Source: Microthyrium microscopicum (lineage: Eukaryota). From it: a stretch of 64,000 bases of DNA. Position numbers and translations under genes: made by a program. Position 1 is the first letter of the stretch, and each line of letters opens with the position of its first letter. This document shows positions 49,551 through 61,943 of the stretch, in pieces. Where the stretch lies: positions 1 to 64,000 of the forward strand of contig MU004239.1 in assembly GCA_010405405.1 (NCBI GenBank). The letters run 5' to 3'. The notes under the pieces are model-generated. The model saw only the letters and a program-made list of their open reading frames with translations, was not told the DNA's origin and did not search any database.

Positions 49551-51926
49551 ATGAAGTTTCGCGACGGTACTGTTCCTATCTACCTCTCTTTCAAGTTTAC
49601 TAACCTCTCACCCAGGCATGTGGCTGACCGCCGCCGACAAACACATCGAATATGCCGAAACAATTTACTCGACTACCCCTAATACCGACACCAATACTCT
49701 CAGCCTCCTCTGCCCCACTAAGGTCATCCGCGGCCGCGGCGATACCCTCAATTGTCCCACACTCACCATAGATATAAGCGCCGTCTATCCCGACGTTCTC
49801 AGTATCGAAGTCACCCACTGGGCCGGCGAGCGGCGGCGCTCGCCAAGCTTTGAACTCTTTCCCGATGGCGCCCCACCCACTGGTAAGGCGAGTGTAAGTA
49901 GCAAGGAACTCGTATCTGGGCGATTACGCGCCCGAGTAGTCGATACAGACGGTGCTTTTGGTGTCGAGTTTGAAGATGGATCCAGCGGAGCAAATGTGAC
50001 AGCGCTAAGGGCGCGTAGTGTGGGGTTTGCGGTTACGCCGCCGCCGGGCAATATGATAGAGACGGCTGATATGAGAGGACGAGAACATTATGTGTTTACG
50101 CAGACGGAGTTGGGAGTTGGTGAGAGTGTGCATGGGTTGGGAGAGAGGTTTGGGGCGTGGAATCGGGTGGGACAGAATGTAAAGGTGTGGAATGGGGATG
50201 GGTGAGTTGTACCATGTATACTGCTGGTCGGGATAAATGGAAGCTAATGATGGGTTATAGGGGAACATCATCAGATCAAGCATACAAAAATGTGCCATTT
50301 TGGCTAAGTTCGAGAGGATATGGAGTTTTTATAGATACTCCAGATTTAGTGGATCTGGAGATTGGGAGTGAGCGTTGTTGTCGAGTACAGACGGCAGTGA
50401 AAGCACAACGATTAAAGTGGTACCTGATATACGGACCGACGCCGAAGGAAGTGTTGACAAAATATACGATCTTGACAGGCAAAGCACCGAGAATGCCAGC
50501 ATGGAGCTATGGTCTGTGGCTGACAACTTCTTTTACGACTGAATATGACGAGAAGACGGTGACTGGATTTCTGGAAGGAATGAGAAAGCGCGCTATACCT
50601 CTTGAAGTCTTCCACTACGACTGTTTCTGGTTACGAGCATTCCACTGGTGTGACTTTGTCTTCTCGAAAGAACACTTCCCCGACCCCAAAGCCTCGATAG
50701 CCCGGCTCAAAGAGCAAAAGCTAATCAACAAGGTCTGCGTATGGATTAACCCATATCTTGGCCAGGCCTCACCTGTTTTCGCCGAAGCAGCAGAGAAAGG
50801 CTACCTACTCAAGCGTGACAACGGTGATGTTTGGCAATGGGATCTCTGGCAAGCGGGCATGGGTCTCGTCGATTTTACCAATCCCGAAGCCGTGACCTGG
50901 TATATCGGCTGCCTCACCTCCCTCTTCGACGTAGGCGTCGACACTATCAAAACTGACTTTGGCGAGCGTATTCCCACCGAAGGCGTGCAATGGCACGATC
51001 GCACCCTCGACCCATCACGCATGCACAACTACTACGCCTACATTTACAACCGCGTCGTCTACGATGCTCTGGCAGCACGATATGGGCCCAACGACGCAGT
51101 ACTATTCGCACGCACGGCAACAACAGGCTCACAGCGCTTTCCACTTTGCTGGGGTGGTGACTGCGAGAGCACGCCAGCAGCAATGGCAGAAAGTGTTCGC
51201 GGTGGACTTTCTCTGGGTCTAAGTGGCTTCAGCTACTGGAGCTGCGACATCGGTGGATTCGAAGGCGCACCAGAGCCGTGGATATACAAGCGCTGGGTTG
51301 CATTCGGACTTCTATGTTCGCACTCGCGGCTGCACGGCAGCGGATCGTATCGCGTACCCTGGGTGATAGACAACGACGACACCAGCCCCCAAGGAGCAAC
51401 CGCAGTACTGCGAACCTTTGTGCGGCTAAAGAGACGGCTGATGCCATATATTTATGCGCAAGCCGAGGAGGCAGCGCGCATGGGCTGGCCGGTTAGTTTG
51501 CGGGCTATTGCGCTAGAGTTTCCACAAGATCCGACAAGTTGGTTTTTGGATCGACAATTCATGTTGGGGAGTCAGTTGTTGGTTGCGCCGGTGTTCAGTG
51601 AGGATGGAGATGTCGAATTCTACTTGCCGGAAGGAAAGTGGACGAGCTGGTGGGATGGGACTGTTGTTCAGGGGCCGAGGTGGAGACGCGAGAAACATAA
51701 CTTCAATACTTTACCGTTGTATATCAGGGAGGGGACAGTGTTGCTGCTGGGCTCTGAGGAGGAGAGGGAGGTTGGGGAAGGGTTTGGCTATGACTGGTCT
51801 GCGAATATAGGTGAGATTCAGACTTTTGAGACGAAGGCTGGTGATAGTGCGGCGGTAGTGAAGCCGGATGGGACGGAAACTGGGCGGATCACTATTGATG
51901 ACGATGGCTCATTGTCTGGGTTCTGA
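49551..51926 (+). CDS. GH31 alpha-xylosidase (YicI-like), intracellular, 3 exons
   Basis: MKFRDG|MW, GLGERFG, WNGDG|GTSSDQAYKNVPF, KTDFGERIP (nucleophile), WGGD, SCDIGGFEG, HSRLHG. Confidence 0.93.
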
Positions 51927-52267
51927 TTGCAGGTTGTTCAAAAGACCATCAACGGGCTTATGGTTGGCCTATGGTAGCTGTGAATGTGACTTCTAGAGGC
52001 ACTATACATAGCAAGCTGGATACGAGTTTCATTCACGATATCAATAGCTTTGAACTAGAACCAGAAAATGTGTCCAGCGCGAATAATTTGCCGAATAGTC
52101 TTTGCAAACATAGTCCTGGCAGCTCGATATCAATTATTGCGCCCCTCCGTGTGATAATGTCTGGCCGGCTTCCGAATTTATATCTAGTCGATTTAAGAAT
52201 GAATTTAGCTGTAATATCTAGAAGATAGGGTATCCATCTATAAACTTGTTCATTGTGATAGCCTGAG

Positions 52268-54084
52268 CTAAACAACTCTCCCCGCAGAGTCCATCTGTCT
52301 TGTCTCACCAACAGCTTCAAAGCCACCATCCGGTAATGATCGAATGGCATGGACAGAAGTAGGAGCACGAGCAATAACTGTTACATTGTGCCCGAGGCCT
52401 TTCAAGTACTCCTCCAGTCCGGCATCAAAGCCCGACTCCAGGGCAACCACAGCGGGTTCAACCTGAGTATGTAAACGCGGCTGCTTAATAGAGCAAGACG
52501 TTGTCATATTTCGGTCCACTACATTCAAGATGGATTGAATAGTGGCTGTAGGAATACGTGAGCCGCCGGCGGCGCCGGTAACAAAGTAGACCGACCCATC
52601 GGGCTTTTCGACGATGATGACTGTTATGCTGGAGAGAGGCCGCTTGTGAGGCCGGATAAGATTGGCTTTTGAGGGTTTATAACCAAATGTATTGTTTTGG
52701 CCTGGAATTGAGAAGTCATCCCTATATGCTGTCAATGAATGTAAACAAGTTCAAAGGCACATACTTACATTTCATTATTCATGATGATTCCGGTATCAGG
52801 AGTCAAGACTTGTGAGCCAAAAAGCGTATTAACAGTTGAGGTTAGAGAAATGGCAAGACCAGAAGCATCAGAGGCGGAAATTTGGGATGTTCCATGACTT
52901 CTCAGGGCTTCGATATAATCTGGATTGTAGAACTCTGGTGGGTATGTCTGATTATCAGATATTTTGCTTCGAATGATCTCCAAGTTTGTCATGTTCAACA
53001 TTTGATGCTCTTCAAAATCAGAGTCTTCGACATAGTCGGGGTCTCCTATCCTAGTTCTCTATGGCATCGTTAGTAAGCTCGTGGTCCAAGGCAAAAGAGA
53101 ATAACATACTGCCGCGTAGGCCCATTTGATGGATTCAATGAGACGATGAAAGCTGACGTTGTACGTTTCCGGCCAGCCAAGATCTTTATATGTTTCCAGG
53201 GTTTTGATAACAGAGAGCGCAACGGTACCACTGGATGGAGATGATGGACTTGACATCTTGTGGCCTCTGTAGGTAATTTGCGAGACATTGCGTAGTTTGA
53301 TCTGATAATTCTTGAGATCATCTAGAGTCATGATGCCCGACTTCTTTTGCACTGCGTCAATCATGCTTTTGGCAAGGTCACCTTCGTAGAAGGATTTCAC
53401 ACCTTCTTCTGCGATAGTCGCCAGAGTCTTGCCATAGCGTTTGCGAGTGATCAGCTCTCCTTCTCGCAACAAGTGGCCGTAGGGTGCCATGTCCATCGCC
53501 CAGTTCGGATCTTCGGTCAAGAAAGCATTACTCGTAAAATTTCCCATGGCCGTCATATATCTGACTAGATCGGCATTCGCTTTCCAGCCATTGGTAGCCA
53601 ATTTGGCAGCTGGTAAGACAAGCTCTTTCCAGGGGAGACTTGCGTAGTTTTTGTGCAAGTACGCTAATCCACGAAGCTCTCCAGGTACGCCGGCTGCAAG
53701 GCCTCCTATAACGCTTCTTCTGTCGCCGCGTTGATACATGTTCTCCGTTGAGGCTGCTGGAGCACTCTCCCGAAAATCAATCGCTTCATAATGTCCATCT
53801 CGACTACGAACGAGGGCAAAGCCGCCACCACCAATGCCGGAATGATAGGAGCCAATAACTCCAACACAAAGTGTGGTAGCAATAGTGGCATCTATAGCAT
53901 TGCCGCCTTGGCGATAGATTCTGGCGCCAATGTCGGCACAGATGTCGTTCTCACATGCGATTGCTCCATGCGTCGGCTTTTGTGCAGAATTTGGATCCAA
54001 TGGTGTTTGATAATTGGTGCGGAAACCAAACGATGCGTCCCCGAATGACAGAAGCCGGGTTAGGAATTGCGTGATAGGCGCCAT
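52268..54084 (-). CDS. Gamma-glutamyltranspeptidase, 3 exons
   Basis: GGNAIDA, HSGIGGGGF, IDFRESAP, GVPGE, HGTSQIS (catalytic Thr), NNEM|DDFS, KRPLSS, GAAGGSRI. Confidence 0.93.
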
Positions 54085-54639
54085 CAGAAGTTCTTAACGA
54101 GACGGAGCTGTTATATAACGCGAGGGGTTACTCAGAAAGCCCCTCAACTGTTGCTTGTTCCCTGAACCGAGTTATTCTAAAGAGAAGAAGAGGCCATCAG
54201 TGTGAAATAGGATGGTTGTGTTCTGCAGCTTCTGCTACAAGGTGCTATCGAGCACAATGGCAAGCTAATAGTTTACTTGACAGCCCTGATGGTGACAGCA
54301 GTAAAACAGGCCTAGACCAGTGTAAAAAGAAGGATATTTAGTATTGTTATCGCTTGCCGATGAGTGTCCCGGCTCCTGGGTGGGTACTGGGTGGGCGTCG
54401 GTCGAGATTTTGCTGTTCAAAACTCAAAACTCCTGGATTGTGGGTCCTGATCCTGATCAGTTTCTTTTTGCACAATTGAAAGCTAGAACAACAGCAGAAG
54501 ATTGACAGCAAGTATAGATTTCTGATCAAGCTCCGCTCTAATGTCTCTCTCCCGTCTGATGTCCACCAAAATTAAGAGTTCAGTTCAATTACCAATCACG
54601 GCAGTAACGATCGCCGCCAATTCCGATTGAGCTAGTAGG

Positions 54640-54795
54640 TGTCACGGTTACGGAGCTGATGTGGTAGCAGTATGGTGATATGATTGAGAAACAAACTTTA
54701 AGGTTTGTTCTACTGCTACTCTGGTGGAGGATATGTCCTCTAGGGGCACGGGCCACGTGGTTCGTGCTTAGGGTTAGGATTTGGTTCCTATAACA
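54640..54795 (-). repeat. 3' LTR (156 bp)
   Basis: TGTCACGG...ACA; aligns without gaps to 61523-61678. Confidence 0.95.
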
Positions 54796-54808
54796 CAATC
54801 CCCCCCTT
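54796..54808 (-). other. Polypurine tract
   Basis: Minus strand AAGGGGGGGATTG immediately before the 3' LTR; this sets the element orientation. Confidence 0.85.
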
Positions 54809-55070
54809 CTCATTATGCGTAAGCTCCGGCGAAGCTCTTCTAATCTAAAAATAACCTTTCTAATTCCTTCCTAAATCCCATTTTGAACTCTCTAAACTTC
54901 TTAACCTCTAGACGTGAATCTGGTAGGCTTTAAGACACTATAGCGATAATAAGTCTATAGCCTCTTATAAGGATGAACTATCGTTCTTAATAACTAACTC
55001 TAATAGCTAGTTACTTAGTATACCTTCTCTATTAAACTAGAAGATATCTATCTTAGCAGTGCTAGCTTTA

Positions 55071-55116
55071 GTCTTTAAGAGTCTTAGTCTTTAAAAGTCT
55101 TAGTCTTTAAGAGTTA
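55071..55116. repeat. 16-bp tandem repeat x3 inside the retroelement
   Basis: GTCTTTAARAGTCTTA at 55071, 55087 and 55103 (last copy partial). Confidence 0.75.
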
Positions 55117-58100
55117 AATAATTAATCTATGCTCCTAATAGCTAAAATAACTCCTTACTACTATTATATATCTAATATTACTTATATAGTCTAAGCTTCT
55201 TTAAATTATCTTTATAGAACTTATTAACTTTATCTAAATAATCTAGAAAGAAATACTATAGTTCCTATACTAAGTTTTTATTCTAATTATCTTATTCTTT
55301 ATACTTAGCTTTATAAAATAAGTATAGCTTCTTATTTATAATTAAGTCTTTTTACTTTTTATTAAGCTTTAAATTAATAACTTTCTTAACTTAAGTACTT
55401 TAACGTCTATAATCTTTAATAACTTAAGTACTTTCTTAATCTAGCTCTTTTATAAAAGGATTTACTTTATATAAAAGCTAAAAGTAGAATATTAAAAATA
55501 TATTAAAATATAAAGAAAGCTTTAACTTATAAGCTATATTATTAATTACTTAGATTACCTAAAAAGGACCTATATTTTTTAAGTCTAGAAACTAGGTAAG
55601 ATAAGCTATAGTAATATTATATACGTCTAATATTACTTAGTCTTCTACTTTTAAGACTTCTATTAGTATTTACTTCTTATTTATTACTTTTATAATCTTT
55701 TTTTAAGTCTAGGCTAGCTACTAATATAGAAAGTCTTTTAATTAGCAAATATACTTAGCTATTTTATTTACTTACTAAACTTCTAAGTATAAGGCTCTAT
55801 ATAGGGCCTTTATAATTTTAAGAATAGCTTTAATACTACTCTTTAGAAAATACCTTTTTATAGCTAAGAATAGTACTAGCCTAGTTAATTTATTAACTAT
55901 AGAATTAGCCTTAAATTTAGTAATTAATAGCTAGTCTACTTAATTATTCTACTAATAATTAATATAAGCCTATAAATACTACTTTAACCTTATATTTATA
56001 ATTTTAATCTAGCTATTAATCTTTAAGTAGAATAATATAAAAAGCTTTAGCTTAGTTCTAATTTAGGTATATAAGTACTACTAAACCTTAGAGATAAACT
56101 AAGAGCCTTTATTAGAAACTACTATATTTAGATAGCCTTCTAAACGCTATATATAATCTATAAACTCTTAAATAACTACTTTAACTTCTAAGCTATCTAA
56201 TAGTATATATTATCTTAACTTATTTAGCTAGTCTATTATAACTATTATATATTTATATACTTAGCTAGTATAATAATACTCTAGTAGTAAAGTAATAAAA
56301 TCTATACTAATATCTACTTAGTATCTTATAGATATTAGTAGCTAGTAAAGTAAGCCCTACTTTATTATCTTAAATAGCTTAACTCTTTTATACTTAATAT
56401 ACTTTACTATATAATCTATAATATTCTTTATAATATAAAGCTAATAATATAACTAAGTAATATATTTATATAGGGCATTATAACCTATATAGCTACCTAT
56501 TAGTAAATTATAAGATACCTTTAATACTTCCTAACGCATATAACTAGTAAAAATAAATAGCTAGTTTTTTATATATAAGAGCTTATTCTAAATTAATAAA
56601 TCTAATATCTTTAGGTAATAGCCTTTCTTAAATAATTCTAATAATAAATACTATATTTTCTACTTCTATACTATAATAAAGCTTTAGAGTTCTTTATTCT
56701 TTAGGTAATTATTCTTTATTAGCTTAAGAATGCTTTAATAATCCTTAGGATTTAATTCTATTAAGCCTTTCTTAACTCTAGTATAACTATTCTTAATACT
56801 TCTAGCCTTCTAGCTATCTATAAGAATTCTAGTTTATATCTTATCCTTAGTTCTAATACTAGCGTCTTTATTCTTATAAGTAATCTCTTTATAAACTATC
56901 TTAGCTAAGTCTAGAATATCTACTTTCTAATTATCTAATACTATTTTAGCTAGTTTTTTTATATATCTTATATCTTAATATAGATTCTTATTAAAATAAT
57001 AAGCTCTTAAGATTTATTATATTATTTAAGTCTACTAAATATTCTCCTCTTTTAGTATACTACCTAGTAGCCTAGATAGTATATCTACTACTTTATTTTA
57101 TATACTTAAGGTATATAAGATTTTAAAGTTAAACTTAGATAAAAACTTAGCCTATCTAGCTTACTATTAATTTAAGCGTTTTAATATTATAAACTATTTA
57201 AAGTTCTTATAGTTTATAATAACCTTAATTAGGTTATCTATTCTTAATAACTCTAAGTTCTATTCCTTAAATATATAAATTATAGTAAGTAATTCTTTAT
57301 TATATATCTTATAATTTATTTCTACTAGTAATATCTTCTTAAAAAGGAATACTATTAGGTAAAGCTAGCTATTATACTTCTAAAATAGTATAGCGCTAAT
57401 TATAAAATCTAAGGTATTAAAATAAACCTAAGTTTTAAAGTCTAGATTAAAATATTTTAAGATAGGCACTATTATAAACGCCTTCTTTAATTTATTAAAG
57501 CTCTTTTACTTAATACTATTTAACTTCTAAGAAAAGGTAAATTTCTTTATATTACTTATAGTTAAGTTAACTAAGAGTACTATAATTACTAAATACTCTT
57601 TTATAAACTAGTAATAAAAATTACCTATACCTAAGAAATAATAAACTTCTTTAATAAATTAGAGTAGTAGTATATTAATAATTATATTAACCTTCTCTAT
57701 ATCTATTTTAATCCTATTAGGTAAAAGAATAATTCTAAGATATTTTAACTACTAAATAGTAAACTTATACTTATTAATATCTAAGTAGAGCTCTACTTAC
57801 TAGAGCTTCTTATAAACCTAGTAGATATAGTACTTATACTTCTCTAGCGTATTACTATAAATTAGAACGTTATTAATATAAGCTATATAATATATATCTA
57901 ATAGATTATATAAAACGCTATTAATATATTTCTAAAAAGTTACTAGTATATTAGTAAGCCCTATAAGCATAACTAAATACTTAAATAACCTAAATCTTAT
58001 TAAAAATATAGTTTTCTTTTTATATTTTTTAGCAACTTAAATCTTATTAAATATAGTAATAACGTCTAGCTTAGTATAATATCTTACCTTTACTATTAAA

Positions 58101-61100
58101 TTAAACGTCTTATTTATTAAAGGCAGAGTATTATAATTTTTAATTATAAAGTTATTTAGTATTTAATAATCTATATAGACGTAAATATCTCCTTTTAGCT
58201 TACTTACTATAACTAGTAGTAAGCTATATTTTAATATACTTAGGTAAATATATCCTTTCTTAATTATATTATTAATATATACCTTAATAGCCTTTATCTA
58301 TTATAGTAATATTCTCTAAGCTTTAAAAAATAGTAGCTTTACTTCCTCTTCTAAATAGATCTTATAATCTACTCCTAGGTAATAAGGTAGTACTTTTTAT
58401 ACTTCCTAAGAGTCTTATAAACTTATAAGGTCGCTTAAATAATAAGAAATCTAAGTCTAGAGATACTTTATAGTAGAATATTCCTTTTTTAATTTCTTAA
58501 AGAACTTATTATAATCTACTATAGTAGTATATATATCTATCTCTTCTAGCTAGTTAGATAAGTCTACTTCTTCTAGCTAGTTAGTTATATTAACGTCCTA
58601 ATTATAAATATCTTCTATAATAGTAAGAGTAATAAAGTAAATACCCTAGTATAAGAAAGTAGCTATAGCTATTATAGAGTATAACTTAATATTATATAAT
58701 TCTAGATTAAGTAAGTCTAAGTAGATTACTCTATTATTATAATAATAAATAAATAAATAACCTCCTTAGATATAATAATCTATATAATAGTTAAAATTAA
58801 AAGTTATTATTTTATTTTTAAAATCTAAGTATAAATTATACTCTTTTAGTTACTCTATACTAATAATAATATTAAAGTAAGTAATAGAAGTAATATAAGC
58901 CTAGGCTTTATTATAATAGTCTCTAATTAATAATAGTATATAAGCTATAAACTCTAGCTTACTATAATTTCTATTTATAACTCTTATTACTTTTAGTATT
59001 TATAATTTTACTTTATCTAGTTTTAGTTAATAAATAAGCTTCTTATTAATAAAAATATAAAATATACTAGTATCTAATAATATCTAGCTCTTAATAAACT
59101 TTCCCTCCTAGTTATAAATATAGTAAAGGAAGTCTTACTATTCTAATATTCGTAATGTCTCTTTATTTATAAAAATAAATAGTAAAATTCTTATAGATAA
59201 GTCCTTTAGTAGTTAAGTTAGGCTATTAGGCTAAAGACTAGCTACCTAGCCTTCTAGTTTAAAGAATTCTTTAAGTTATATTTATTTTCTATATTCTTAA
59301 TATAAGTAGTAAAATTCTTTAGCTTATAGTTTATAATTATCTTCTTAAAGGCTTTATAGAAAAGAGACTCTTTATTCTTATAGAGTAGCTTCTTATTATT
59401 AGCATAATAATTAAGTTTAGTATATTTAAAATATAAGTTATTCTTTTAGGTAAGCTTACGTATTTTTTTCTTACGTAATTTTAAGAAATCCTTATTTTTT
59501 AAAGAATTCTTCTTTATATTACCTTTATTATCTTTACTATCTTTATTATTATTATCTTATAATTTTAACCTATTACTAAATAACTTTTTTAAGAGCTTCT
59601 CTTATATTACCTTTTTAATATATTCTATATTTAGAGTTACTTTTATAACTTTAGCCTAGTAAAAGAGTCTATTTAAACCTTTATAATAAATACTATTATT
59701 AATAATGTAATAGATACTCTATTATAAACTTAATAAGAAATAATTAGTTAGGCTAATATTATTTATACTAGGTACGTCTTAAGTAAATATATAAAGGCAT
59801 TACTAGTACTATATAATAGTCTCTTTATTTTTCTAAGTATAGCTATTTAAATATAGAGTCTATAAAGCTTTAAAATTATAATTAGTTTTACTCTACTAAA
59901 ATTTTTTATTAAAAGTAGCTTATAGCTAATCTAGAGTTATAAAGTAGCATAGAGAAGATAGCTATAATTTTTATAGAAATATCTTTTATATATTATCCTT
60001 AATATAGTCTACTAAGTAATTTAGCTTATCCTAGTTAGTAGAAAACTAAGCTTTATTTACTTAGAATTTTTAAAGAATTTAGTCTTTCTATACTTTATAG
60101 TTATTATCTTCTTTATTACTAAATTCTAAGATATTACTAAGCTATTTATACTTTAAGAATACTTCTACTTCTAGTAAAATAATACTAAGCATAGTTAAAG
60201 TATAAGTACTAAATATATATAAATTAACGTAATTAAGCTTTTATAAACATAATAATAAATAAATTAGAACTTCTATATTAAAATTAATTTTATTAGTCTT
60301 TTTTTCCTATTTCTCTTATACTTAACTAGAACTCTATATCTTAAGAGTAGCTAATTATTTATATAGAGTATTAACTTATATAAATAATTAGTCTACCTTT
60401 TTAGTATACTTTTTTACTAAATTATAATAAGTACGCTTTATATCTTAATATTTCTTTATTTAGACTTATAAGTTTATATATTTTTATTTATAGAGCTTTA
60501 GATTTTATATATTATTTACTTTTACTATTACTAGATAATTCTTTATAATATTTTACTCTAAATTATAGTATACTACTTTATAATAAATTTTTTACTAATA
60601 TTTTAGTACTTTCTTAATATTCTATATTAGATCTTTTTTTAAACTTAAATAAACTAAGTAAACGTTACTATTAATTTTATAGCTAATAAAAATGCCTTCT
60701 TTTTAGCTAAGACTAATATAGTAGAGACCTAAATTATATTAATAGTACTTTTTATATTCTTATTCTTACTCTTTTTCTAAGCTATCTTTACCCTTTAGTA
60801 ATTTTAATTTATCTTTAATATTAGAATTTTCTATATCTATTAAGTACTTATAATACTTACTACTTCCTTACCTTTACTCTAAATTCTATAAAGTTTCCTA
60901 AGTATCTTTAACCTCTTATAATAGCCCTATTTTTAACTATAATAGATTATTTATTAGAGCTTATAGATTATTTTATAAACTACTTACTAATAGGTAATTC
61001 TTCTTTTTTAGAGCTTTTTATAATACTTACTTCTTTTTCTTTTTTTTAATCTTTACTATAGTTTTATATTACTACTATAGATCTAGATTATAGATATATA

Positions 61101-61510
61101 TTATAATTAGCTAAGTTAAGTTTAGTAGTAATAAAGTATATAGACTATTATAAATATCTTATAAATAACTATAAGATAATAGTTTACTACGTTATAAAAA
61201 TAATATAGAGTATATAATAAAGAATTATTAAATTATTTATCCTAAAATAAGAAGTAAATAGTATTAATAAAGCTAGCCTTTACTAGTATAAGCTTTATAA
61301 AGTTTTAGTATTAATAATAAAGTATTAGGATTAGGATTTATAGTTTTAGGTTTATTAAATCTTAATTATACTAGCTTTCTAGTAGATAAGAAATAAGTAG
61401 GTAGTTTATATACTTAAAGAGCTATAAGTCTAGTCTTTTTATTATTAAATATATAAAGCAAAAATTTTCTTATAGAAGTAAAATTTTAGCTTACTTATAT
61501 AATTATAGTA

Positions 61511-61521
61511 AAAGTTTGTTT
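61511..61521 (-). other. Self-priming primer-binding site (11 nt)
   Basis: Minus strand AAACAAACTTT, 1 nt after the 5' LTR, exactly complementary to AAAGTTTGTTT at 61582-61572 inside that LTR. Confidence 0.75.
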
Positions 61522-61522
61522 A

Positions 61523-61678
61523 TATTATAGTTATAAAGCTAATATAGTAGTAGTATAGTAATATAATTAAGAAACAAACTTTAAGGTTTGTTCTACTACT
61601 ATTCTGGTAGAGGATATGTCCTCTAGGGGCACGGGCCACGTGGTCCGTGCTCAGGGTTAGGGTTTGGTTCCCGTGACA
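61523..61678 (-). repeat. 5' LTR (156 bp)
   Basis: Ends CCGTGACA, an 8-bp inverted repeat of TGTCACGG; followed by TSD GTAGG. Confidence 0.95.
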
Positions 61679-61943
61679 GTAGGTATCGTTCTTTCCCACA
61701 CTGGCTGACTAGCTGGGAACTACACGCGGCAAGCGCCCACAGTGGTTTTTTAGACGCGCCACGCTTTCTTCCATCAACCTCAATTGACACTGGGTTTTCA
61801 CGCTTCATTTTCCAACCACTCAGTCTCTGGCCAGTCTTTCTCACCATCTCTGCTTTACGGCCACTCTTTAACCTTCCACTTTACCAACCCTTCTTGATTC
61901 TCTCGAACCCTGCGTGGCCCCGAAGGGTTCCCTACTCACAAAA

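Larger units (their letters stand above)
54640..61678 (-). mobile_element. Full-length Ty3/Gypsy (Tf1/chromovirus-like) LTR retrotransposon inactivated by RIP
   Basis: 156-bp LTRs, TSD GTAGG (54635-54639 and 61679-61683), polypurine tract, extremely AT/TpA-rich interior. RIP-decayed motifs on the minus strand in Gypsy order: protease LLDTS (~59070), RT KKTIFLIRFRLFKYLVMLIGLTN (~57950-58020) and AYINNVLIYS (=AYIDDVLIYS, ~57870), chromodomain-like YLLV**RRY (~55030). Confidence 0.95.

Noticed and set aside
54800..61500. Centromere, NUMT or foreign AT-rich DNA
   Set aside because: Fully explained by LTRs, TSD and RIP-decayed pol motifs.
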